Assembly: GCA_951406725.2 (NCBI GenBank)
Contig: OX597817.1
Coordinates: 116,126,001 to 116,190,000, forward strand
Origin: Octopus vulgaris
Lineage: Eukaryota
Direction: 5' to 3'
DNA length: 64,000 bases
The position numbers and the translations under genes were made by a program. Below the pieces are notes generated by a model. The model saw only the letters and a list, made by a program, of their open reading frames with translations. It did not search any database and was not told the DNA's origin. Positions 1 through 11,544 of this stretch are shown piece by piece (position 1 is the stretch's first letter; every line of letters begins with the position of its first letter).

Positions 1-507
1 TTGTGCATATGGTGGGACTGGGAATGGATTATCCATTACAAATCCTTTGAACGGAACTAAACGGTCAACGTGGAACTCTATGTTCAACAAATGGGACGAC
101 TCAAAACGGCCATTTAAGAGAAAAGATCTAATCGGCAGCATGGAGTTCTTCTGCTGCACGGCAGCACCCGCCCTCATATCGCTAATATGACCAAGGACGC
201 CATTCAAACGCATGGCTGGGAAGTGCTGGCGCACGAACCGTACTCTCCTGATTTGGTACCAACCGATTTCTACCTCTTTCGATCTCTTTCAAGTCCTATG
301 CGCGGAGTTTCGTTTAATACTGATGCAGTATTGAGAGCTTGGTTGGATCAATTTTTCGAGTCGAAATCGGGTGATTTCTACCAACGAGGTAGAAGTTGTA
401 AAGAACAAGGGTGAATACATTATTGATTAATGAGTTGTTATTTCTTATTAAACCTTTGAAAAGAATTAAAATTTAAAGAAACGGCGTGAACTTAGTTGCC
501 AACCTAA
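1..507 (+). mobile_element. Mariner transposon, 3' half (decayed transposase plus right TIR)
   Basis: Frame 1 reads LCIWWDWEWIIHY...GVLLLHGSTRPH...GWEVLAHEPYSPDLVPTDFYLFRSL (mariner YSPDL motif) with in-frame stops. It ends in the TIR-like gaacttagttgccaacctaa followed by TA (508-509). Confidence 0.92.
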
Positions 508-2029
508 TACTATTTTCCGTTAATCCATATGCAAATATATTCAACAGGGCTGTATTTACTGCATCGGTTTCTTAATCTATAACTATAAACTTCCAATACT
601 GCTTCTTCCACTGAAAATTGGATAACATTTATCAAGTCTTTACTCACTCAGAACTTGTCCTGTATATTAGAATATTATTGTCCGACACTCTTCTTGTCTT
701 GGAGATACAGTTTATAAATCAGAAACTAAACACTGCATTCTAAACTTGCATTCTATATGGAGTTTCGCTAACTTTGCAATTATCTCATGCATATCATAAA
801 TGTTTTGCCTTATGGAAATATTCTTGTTGAGTTGTCTACTGAAAATTGATTACTGTTTGCAAATGCATCATTTTACAAAATCTTTATATTTATGATGTTT
901 AGTAAAAGAGTGGAAAATTTTAAAACTAAATCCGATACTTTTGAATTCACAGCTAGTTTTCACTTACGAAGGAAAGCGAGTTGTGACAAAGGGAATCTAG
1001 TATCTCTCCATTTCCTCGAATATTTACTCGTAATTCTATCTTATTTGCAGTACAAAACACTGTAAAACGTATTTAACTGTATACATTTCAATGCAATCCT
1101 TATATTTTCGATAACTATATGTAACTGAACCATAATATTTTTTACAATGATTATAATAAAGGTGTTAGGATTAAGTCGTTATCACACGTATTGTAATTTA
1201 TATGACAAATGAAGCATTACATAAAGAATGTTGTGTATGTATTATGGTTAAAGAGAACTTATATATAAAAATGCAACTTGGTCACAGAGTAGCAATACTT
1301 TCGTATTTCATTGTGAATCATTAGGAAACTTACTCCGCTGAGAGCTCTACATAAGAAAACGAAACAATCATCAACTTCCCTTTATATAGCTTTGAATAAA
1401 AATGAAGGTTATAGATACGCAATAAACAATATGCCGAAAAGAGATTCCGTAATAATTCATTTGTAATAAGAGTTAATCAAATACTACATATTTTATGATT
1501 GAATTGAGAAGGTAATTTGAACGTGACATGACATGCATTAATAAGATTATAGACTATAAAGAATCAGTAAAACGGAACAAAACATTTACCTCAGGTACTT
1601 GGAATATAATCCTTATAACTTATTTAAAAAACATGCATGAATGTTTCCTCAAGAGATGCTTAAGTTGACAGACGTTTTCTCAACGTATCAACAATATACA
1701 TATATACGTATAATTTCTAGTTGCAGGAATCCTTAGAATATAGGTATTACAGCGTATAGGACACTAGGGAAGGCTGAGTAGTGCGCTTACAATACTCTGG
1801 AGTAACTTAAAGTTGACGTTTGCAGATTGTATGTTGTAAGTATGCACATATACAACTACACATTAATATCTATATATAAATACACATAGAGGAAACGCAT
1901 ATATACATAACGCTATAGATCAAATTCAGGGATGGTTCCATGTATAGCGTATATATAACACAAATACACGACTTGGGTTCGGAATTCACAACATTTTTTT
2001 TCGGCAACATTTTATTGAGGCCTTCTTAG

Positions 2030-2890
2030 ATTACATCACAGCAAAATTCCGCCAAACTTTTTCCTTCTAGCGCTGATTTTAACCGCTCAAGCCGCTCACA
2101 GTAGATCTCTTTTGTTATCGTTTGGTTTGGGTTTAACAGTTCAAAGTGGACTAATCATATCATATTCCACGAAACAGTTAATAACACCTTCTTTGGCCTT
2201 TCGTGCCCATAGTCTTCAGCACTTGACATTTTTATAGAGAACACATTTCTCGTCACCAATCACTATTCGGTCCAAACAAAGGTTTATTCGTGAGAAGTGA
2301 CAGCAAAGAAAATTACACTTTCACTCACTGCGTGCGATTAGTCTCGAGAAGCCTGTGAGGAACCCATTAAGCCAATTTGCTGAGTTTTCCGATGGCGCGC
2401 CTTTGTCGATGAAGGGTTGAATGACTAAATCCAAGCTTCTCTGCTAGTTCCTCAACTGTTACGATGGAATTTTGTTCCACAAGGGTTTGCTGAACGTCCT
2501 CGTCGAGCTCTACAGATCTTCCAGGACAAGGTTCATCTTCTAGGCTGTAGTTGTCGGCTCGGAATTTCTGGAATCACCATTGTCACTGGCTTACAATTTT
2601 TGTTCGATACCGATATATTGAATTAATATTCCTCGCAATTTCTGTTGCGTCGTTGCCTTTATTGAACTCATGAAGAAAAATATGCCGATTATGCTCCTTT
2701 GCCGCTTCCATTATGGCTTTGAAAAAATAGCTGTTAACATCGAAATGCATTCTTCAAAACTTGCACTAAGAATAGGTCAAGGTAAAAGTACTACCTGCTT
2801 TTATAGCAAGTTGATGCAGGTAGTTTATCCCGTGCTTCTCCCTATTTTAGTTCATGCAATTGTAAAAATTGCATATATGTGTGAGAGATA
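2030..2890 (-). mobile_element. Mariner transposon, 5' portion (decayed)
   Basis: Minus strand from ATG at 2711 gives MEAAKEHNRHIFLHEFNKGNDATEIARNINSIY (Mos1-like HTH), then WVPHRLLE (~2343-2366) and LDRIVIGDEKCVLY (first catalytic D). Frameshifted. Ends approximate. Confidence 0.88.
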
Positions 2891-2931
2891 GAACGAGAGA
2901 CGTTTATATATATATGTACATATATATATAT

Positions 2932-3733
2932 TAAAACATAAAGTTAAAGTCTGGCCATAGTGTGAACAACGGTTTAGTATTCATGGAAGCAACAACCTTG
3001 TGTACAGCTGGTAAGACTTTACACAAAACCAAATTTAACTTTTCCCCTCGCGGATGTGGAAAATCGCTAGGACAAAAACGTGTCAAATGGCTAACAAAGA
3101 AAAAAGCTGTTGAGAGCGGGTTATCTCCCCTTGGCCTAAAGATAAATGGAATCTCCGATCTCTTTCGTTAAGGTCTCGTATTAGCTTAAATAGCAAACTG
3201 GGAGACCCAATTTTCCAGTCAGTATAGCTTCAAATGAACAAATTTTGAGAAATCTTTACTATTATTTAACCCGCCAAAATTAGCATGGTTTTAAGAATTG
3301 TGGTGTGCTCTGCGATGCAGATTTTGCAGCGCCCACTCCCAATAATATATGGACCGGGATGTTTTATGAACTTCCACCCGATATCATATGGGGTCACTTG
3401 ATCTTTGTGGTGCTCCAGATAGCTGGCGAAGAACATTACAAAACAAACGTCTTTCTGGAACTCTGACAGTGACTGGTGGTTACAGAAACGTCGCTGGAAA
3501 GCTGTGCTGGCCGATACGATGTATTTACAGGCTTGGGTGCTGGTTATATACGCATTCCTAGTGTATCTCTGGTAGCGTTCTGGTCAGAGAGTGTTGCTGG
3601 TGGCACTGGTGTTGATGTAACTATGGCACGAACCATTGGTCATTCTATCACTAAACTTTAACTGTATGTTTTAATACTTAATACTCTATTCTTCAGAGTG
3701 TGCTTCTGTTTCTGATACATGTTTCATTGACAA
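2932..3733 (-). mobile_element. Penelope-like element fragment with inverted pseudo-LTR arrangement
   Basis: Minus strand 3430-3285 reads FASYLEHHKDQVTPYDIGWKFIKHPGPYIIGSGRCKICIAEHTTILK, resembling the PLE endonuclease C-terminus (I-x-W...CxxCxxE...IL). 2932-~3010 and ~3595-3675 are diverged inverted copies. A degenerate HHR-like core lies at 3463-3492 (+). Confidence 0.72.
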
Positions 3734-3747
3734 TACACACACACACA

Positions 3748-3806
<59 letters not shown>

Positions 3807-6135
3807 ATATACATGTATATTTAGGTGGCGAATGTGGGAGTGCTTATAATAGCTGATGATTTAGAAGGCTACCAAGTGGTATATGACGGTGCATAACACG
3901 CAAGTTCTCTACTATATAGATACAGACGTTATAGTTTAAAATTGATTTCAAATAAATTTTGTCAGTTAAATATTTTTGTGGAAATATATACTATTTTGTG
4001 GAACAAATCCTGCAGTCTTTAGAAATTGTCTACCCTTTTTTGAGAATGTCTAAAAATTAAATAGAAGTAAAGTTTTGACCGAATACTATTTAGAAACGAT
4101 TTCAGTGTTTTTAAATAGCATTAAAAACTGTATAACCCGTTATAAGCTAACAAAAGTAATGTTATTATATTGCTATATTTCATATAAAATACTGTAGAAT
4201 AGTAAAACGTTTGGACTACAAAACATCTACAACAGAGTTTAAATAAAAACAAATGAAACATGTATGCTAGAAATTACCAAATGATATATACAGACGAAAT
4301 GTCTGGCACATCAATCGTTGGTGATGCGAGGAAAAAGTTATATGAACTACTTTCTTTGCAGGTGATGTAGAAATAATGGGAGTAAACTACTGCGCAAATT
4401 AACCGATTTAGAGAAAGAACAAAACATAATTATGACTTCTATTTGTGGAATGCACCAATACTACATATACCGACGCAAAATATTAAAATGGCAAGCAGTA
4501 TTCATTTGTGAGTGAGTGTGTTTATTTTGACAGGCATCATCTAATAATCTAAAGGAACACAGATGTCAAATCCAGACGGCGTCATGCTCTAATAATGTTT
4601 CCACGGAAATGAAAGGGAAAAAATGCTATTCATTACAATTCTTGAGTAAATTAAGAATTTTAATGTAATAAAGTGCAAAACAAATAGCAATCGTAATATC
4701 TTTAAAAATCTCTCGTATTTTAAGGCCAAAAATAACACTCTATACACTGGACGAATAATTGTGCGGTTGTTGCTATGCTCGATTATATGATGAAAAAAGA
4801 AAAACCTTGATATTTTAGTGATATCCATATCGATCAGTTAGAAATGTCTTCTAGTTTTAGATGTCATATTCTTAGCAGGGAAACTGAAGGTTTTACATAG
4901 ACACTATTTTTTGGAATAATGCGAGTTCTTACAAGGACTATTCAGGTAAGTTTGAATGACCACCTTCTTAAAATGGTTAGTGTGAGTGTTTGTTTGTTAA
5001 TATGACGCAGAATAAAATAGCAACAAGACCACCTGCGGTAAACAAATTATCAGTGTATGTATAACAACAGAGCATACACAGGTACTCATTTTTTTCTCTA
5101 TGGAACATTAACGGTTAAATTGTTGTAATTAAGAATGTCTACCGCTCGTTGGTTTTAGCAAACACTTTTGAAAGTTAACAGAACCAGCGTAGGGGATGAT
5201 ATTGTAAATCAAACGATATTTGATTACTGAAAATGAGAGGGCAGATATTTAAATCACGCACATGCGAGTACAAATATTGATATATTCATAAATATTTACC
5301 CAAGAAAGTCTGTAACGTGTGTAAAGAAATGCATACAAATACATAATGCTAGGTAAAACGTATTCAATTATGTAATTTTTTTCAAATAAAGAATATTCTC
5401 CAAATCAAGAAAATCTATAATAAACGCTTTTCTTAAACGAAAACAAAATATTACGACTGTGTGACAAATATAGGCTTGTATTCTCTTTAATATTCCACAT
5501 CAACATACAGTTTCTGAATTATGAACAGTTCGTGTAGTGATCCCTTTGAATAAATTTATTTGTTTCTTCAAATATTTTCTTCTGTCGAGCTTCTGTTGTT
5601 TGTGTCTGTTTCATCGACGATATTATACATTACAAAACAGTGTCGCAGCACTTCGTAGTGAGATTTCTATATTCAGTGAAATTGATGAGGTGCTTGCAGT
5701 TCGTAATTGATTTTTACTTTGTTGCCTGTTTAATGATTCATTGAAAACAAGAATTCAATCATCTCCAGAGCGAGGTCGTATAGTTGAGTGAATTTTATGA
5801 AGACACATTGTTCCTTCAAAATATTTAATTAGACATGCGATGGCACTTCAGCTTAAAGACAGATATTATGAAGGCAAAGGTGCTTTTTATCGGCTGGCAG
5901 TGCGGTTCTGACACTGTCACTATTATATTTAATTAAGCATCCGTCAGTTTTCAATTCAAAACTACATTAAACACGGTCCAAATAAGGTTTCGTTCCTAAT
6001 CATACACATTAAAGACACAGACATAATCTAACAGATTACAATAACATAGTGATACAAACTATGCAATAACATACGAACTGTCTTCTCTAAAAGAATACAA
6101 ACATGCATACATATGTACACAAATGTATGTGCATA

Positions 6136-6263
<128 letters not shown>

Positions 6264-6265
6264 GA

Positions 6266-6575
6266 GTGGAGGCGCAATGGCTGATTGGTTAGGGCAGCGG
6301 ATTCGCAGTCGTACGATCGCCGTTTCGATTCCCAGACCGGGCGTTGTGAGTGTTTATTGAGCAAAAACAAATAAAGCTGTACGAAGCTCCGGAAGTGGGT
6401 GGTAGCGATCCCTGCTGTACTCTTTCGCCACAAATTTCTCACACTCTTTCTTCTGTTGGCTTGCTCGCTTAGCCAGCGGGGTGGCGTCATTTGAAGGCTA
6501 AAACAATATGAAACGCATTGTGACCAGCGATGTGTAGCAACATCTGATGGCCTGGTCGGTCACGTGATCACGTGA
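6266..6575 (+). mobile_element. tRNA-derived SINE (family A)
   Basis: Head ggaggcgcaatggctgattggttagggcagcggattcgcagtc...gtttcgattcccagacc has A-box and B-box-like motifs. The 3' end is ggtcacgtgatcacgtga. It lies between TA arrays, with a second copy at 6772-6991. Confidence 0.85.
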
Positions 6576-6607
6576 GATATATATATATATATATATATAT
6601 AATTTTT

Positions 6608-6771
6608 TATTCTTTTATTTGTTTCAGATTTTTCTCTGCGGCCATGCTGGAGTACCGCCTTTAGTAGAACAAATCGACCCCCAGGACTTATTCATTGTAA
6701 GCATAGTACTTATTCTATCGCCTTCTTTTGCCGAACCGCTAATTTGCGGGGGCGTAAACACACCAACACCG
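6608..6771 (-). mobile_element. SINE family B, 3' fragment
   Basis: ctgcggccatgctggagtaccgcctttagtagaac...ttttgccgaaccgctaa...acaccaacaccggt matches 39101-39240. Confidence 0.85.
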
Positions 6772-6984
6772 GTCGTACGATCGCGGTTTCGATTCCCAGA
6801 CCGGGCGTTCTGAGTGTTTATTGAGCGAAAACACCTAAAGCTCTACGAGGCCCCGGCAGTGGGTAGTAGCGATCCCTGCTGTAATCTTTCGCCACAAATT
6901 ACTCTCACTCTCTCTTCTGTTGGCCTGCTCGCATTGTGACCAGCGATGTGTAGCAACATCTGATGGCCTGGTCGGTCACGTGAT

Positions 6985-6991
<7 letters not shown>
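6772..6991 (+). mobile_element. SINE family A, 5'-truncated copy with internal deletion
   Basis: Near-identical to 6308-6575 but lacks ~6467-6513. Same tcacgtgatcacgtga end. Confidence 0.88.
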
Positions 6992-7038
<47 letters not shown>

Positions 7039-7367
7039 ATGTATATATGTATATGTGTGTATTTGTGTGATTATTATAACCTAAACTAGATTAAGATGTC
7101 TACCAAACTTCCTTTTTACACTTCTATTGCTCGAACTCATAGGCTACGTTAAAACCACTACAGAGAGTGGGCAGTAAAAAAGATATACGAGAAACAGTGT
7201 TATATTTACTTCGAACATTATATTGACTTTCTAATTATTTGATTTTCACGGTGTTTACGTTCAAAGGTGTTATTAACTACCATACCCAAAACTCTCTTAC
7301 TACTATAGTTATAATAGACACATTCAACAATAACTAGTATATTCGGCCCGACAGATTTCTCTAAATA

Positions 7368-7880
7368 TCTATATATATAAAACTGTAGTTGTGTGAGTGT
7401 CTGTCCCCTTCGATTTAGATTCCTAACTACTCCCACATTTTGCGGTGCAGTTTAACCAAATTCGGGTATCTTATAGTCGTGATTCATATCAAGCCCGTCT
7501 GCGTATTAGCGCGCTTCTACGATGAGTCTACGATTTTAAAAATAATTTAACATAATTTTTTATTCCATTTTAATGCATAATTTTTCGTGTGTCGATGGCG
7601 GCGGAGTTGGCGTCCATGGTCACACCTGCACCTGTTTGCTCCTCCCCCTTCCTCCCTCCCTCGTGAAGCTGTGGGGAAGGGAGTGTAAGGAAATCAACAT
7701 CGTAAAGCGTTGTCAAGGAGACCAGCGTTCTTTTAGAACAACGACTTCATGGCTTGAAGACACCAAAACAGAAATGGCTAAGAAAGCCCGAATTGGCATC
7801 TATAAGGGAAGTAACTCTCTAAAAATGCTTATATAGTTATTTCCCTTACAAACCCGAGCAACGCCGGGCGATACTGCTAG
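7368..7880 (+). mobile_element. Non-autonomous Helitron
   Basis: A|TCTATATATATAAAA 5' end, subterminal hairpin cccgagcaacgccggg, and CTAG|T 3' end (7877-7880). No TSD. Both ends are shared with 22743-23134. Confidence 0.9.
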
Positions 7881-8432
7881 TTATATATATATATGTATGT
7901 ATATAAACTTGGTAGACGAAAGGCATTAATAAACTGTGAAGTATTTAAGAAAAAAATAGTTAAAAGAAATAATACAGTGGATATATATGTAGCCTAACCC
8001 GATGGATGTAATTTAAGTTGATTACTAACAAATAATTTTGCTAGCAACGTGATATAGACTCATGATAACATCTAACTCGTATAAATATACCCATATGGTC
8101 ACTAACACAGACATGTATATATATATATGCCACGGAACACTCGTATATAAATCTACGTGTGGATATGTGTGTATCTAAGTATACATACGCATACATATGC
8201 ATACGCGTACACAAACTTATATATATATGTATATAAATATAACGTACATATGTAAACACACACACACACACGCAGACACTAATAATAGGGAACAAAAACG
8301 CAATAGAAGACAATAAAACTTTCGAACAGATAGACGATACAAAGGCGGGCGGCGGACAGGCGAAAGAACAATTAGGGGGACAGGAAAAGAAGACGTGTCA
8401 TTCGTGGCCTTCTATATATGTATATGCATATG

Positions 8433-8471
<39 letters not shown>

Positions 8472-8506
8472 ATGTGTGTGTGTGTGAGTGTGAGTGTGCA
8501 TGTATG

Positions 8507-8561
<55 letters not shown>

Positions 8562-8934
8562 GTATATACATATATATGTTTACACACTGCATATTACATT
8601 TTTACCCACATACACACGTATAAGTATATACTACAGTCGCGTGCATACGTGCGTGCATAGTTAAATGTGTCTGTGTATGAGAGTCAATGTACGTATTTCT
8701 GTATGACTTACATAATATCGGGAGTTTATTTCACGTTCTTGGCCAAGGTATTTATTGAGAACCGAAGTTATCATTAACAATTCCAGAAATAGTAATGGAT
8801 TTATATACTGACAAATTGAAAAAGGAAGTTAGCAAGATGGCTTCCTTAATTCTATTAGCAAAATTTCCGCTTTCTATTTACACCCACACACATATGTATA
8901 TACACACACAAACACACAACTGATTGTGACTGTT

Positions 8935-8987
<53 letters not shown>

Positions 8988-9010
8988 CTTGGAAGAGAAT
9001 GCGTGGCGTT

Positions 9011-9053
<43 letters not shown>

Positions 9054-9593
9054 AATATTCACACATACTCACATAGTTACGCATATACGTCTCGGTGCGG
9101 TGTGTATATGGATATGTTTGATTGAATATATCTTCATCCGCGTTTCCATCAACATCCGTCTATACTTGGTACACTAATATTCTGTTGACCTTCATATGTG
9201 ACTTCATTTGAATGAATGCGTAACTTGCACAAGTTGTATATTTAAACAGAAATATCGATATGTCTGTGTTTGTCTTCGGGTTTTAATGGATGTGTGTAAT
9301 TTTAGTTTACTAACATAATCTATCAGAAGGGAGATTGCTATTCGATTATATGCTTTCAAATATTTAAAATCAACATTTCTTTCTTCCTATTGACGAATCT
9401 CTCCTGAGGAAAAAAAGCATATATCCAAAATGTTTGAGTTTTGAGTCTGTAGCGGAATCATTGCTGGTTTTCGCTTCAAGATTTTCCTCTACTACAACTA
9501 CGCTCGTATATGCACATATACACTCGTATATACATATGTAATTATGTGCATATAAATATACATGCATGATGAATATAGATATGTACGTACATA

Positions 9594-9777
9594 CAGATCG
9601 TTAGCCACTACACATTCTTTACTTTCTCTCCTTGTTTCTTTCTGTGTCCCTTTCTCTGGAAGAGCGTAGGCTCGAAATTTTAGAGACTTTTTCACTTCCC
9701 GAGCGTTATACTAATACATCTGTGTGTTGTCTACACCTCCTGTCTTTGTCTTTTGTTTATTTTTGTGAATTCTCCCC
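9594..9777 (+). mobile_element. PLE-type pseudo-LTR/3' end repeat with degenerate hammerhead
   Basis: Homologous to 32635-32806 and 49275-49370. Contains ctggaaga-gcgtaggctc-gaaa (hairpin gagc/gctc before GAAA) and ends at a TA array. Confidence 0.55.
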
Positions 9778-9874
9778 TATGTAATATATATATATATATA
9801 GAGAGAGAGAGATGTACATACATATATATGTATATATATATATATATGTGTATATATATATATATATGTATGTG

Positions 9875-9924
<50 letters not shown>

Positions 9925-9936
9925 TGTACATACATG

Positions 9937-9987
<51 letters not shown>

Positions 9988-10014
9988 ATATATATATACA
10001 CATATATATATATA

Positions 10015-10046
<32 letters not shown>

Positions 10047-10339
10047 TATATATATGTACGTATATATATATACACATGTGTGTATTTACACATATAAGTT
10101 CACCTCCTTGTTACCCTCTCTCCCTCTCTCGTCACATATATGCTTATGTGCGTGACTGTTTAATCTTTTCATGGGCTTTAGTAATATCTACCTAGAAACA
10201 CTTGTCCATTTAATTCTTCACCTTCAACGTCTTAAGTACCAGTAGCGTATTTATCTACAACGTTTAAAAACATCGGTCTTGTGAACTTGTATAAAATTCA
10301 ATATCTTCTTCGTCATAAAGTTTATATATTTTTTTAATG

Positions 10340-10757
10340 CATTACAGCTTTCTGCTCTTCTAGGACCTGCTTCTAGATGAGAGTTTTTGGATTCTACGGA
10401 AATCATTTATACGTTCTTGATTTCCAAACGATGTTATCACCGCTGTTTTTTTTATATATTTCTTATAGGAAATGCAAAAATATTTCTTTGAGATACCAGC
10501 AAGCGTTGCGGTTTGTTTAGACCTTTTAGAATTGGAATTTTTGAAAAGTAAAAATTTGGCAGTATGTAGCTTGTTATTCTCTTTAAGTGAAATACACAGA
10601 AAAATGGCGACACAGCACTCAAAACATCGTAAAAAATAGGGATTTTCATACAAAAAAAGGCACCTTCTTGATGTAAATAATTTTTGGTGTTAACATGGTT
10701 CGATTTGAATTTTTTCTCCTACGGAAGGAAGAGTTAGCCTTCTTCTATCATACTCTC

Positions 10758-10840
<83 letters not shown>

Positions 10841-11264
10841 CAATATATATATATTAATACGAAAAAACCCTCCAGGCTACATCCCGAAAATTCATTTCTT
10901 TGCCGAATTTCTACAATGTTTACGGTGATTCGTTTTTATATCTTGATTTTTTACTTTCCATGCAATTTACGCATGCTTGCACACGTGGTGAACGCAGTTC
11001 ACGTCAAACAGCTGACTGAGTAAAGTTCACTATTCAATGCATGGGATAAGGCCTAAGCAAACACATTATCGATTTTTGCACTTGCGAGATGGATTTCGGA
11101 ACAGAAATAGCGCAGTTCAATTTTCATTCGCCTAAACTTTAAGTGACCCCTTTTTGGTGTTTCTACGATTTGTTGGCTAGGAGCAGATGTGCCGGGAAGT
11201 TAAACACACAGACACCCACACAGATACACACACAAACACACAAGATGAGTTTTATATATATAGA
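10340..11264 (-). mobile_element. Probable Helitron-derived element (5' end clear, 3' end not found)
   Basis: Minus strand begins A|TCTATATATATAAAACTCATCTTGTGTGTTTGTGTG, the same style as the 7368 Helitron 5' end. The left boundary is a guess. Confidence 0.5.
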
Positions 11265-11495
11265 TATATACGTATAATAGTAAGGAATATAATTCCAATA
11301 CTTACAGGGAAAAATTCAATTTAAGAATTTTAAATCAAATTTCACAATATATAATATATGTATATAATTTAGAGAAAAACCTCTGTTAAACAATTGAAAA
11401 TTGAAAGATGCTATTCGCACCATATAGAAAACATATACTATAAAGCCCTTACTCTAAAAATCAATAAAGTACAATAAATAGTAAATGTGACTACA

Positions 11496-11544
<49 letters not shown>

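Noticed and set aside
4880-4951. Possible exon (ag...cag|gtaagt)
   Set aside because: Stops in all three frames and no other support. Splice-like motifs are frequent by chance.
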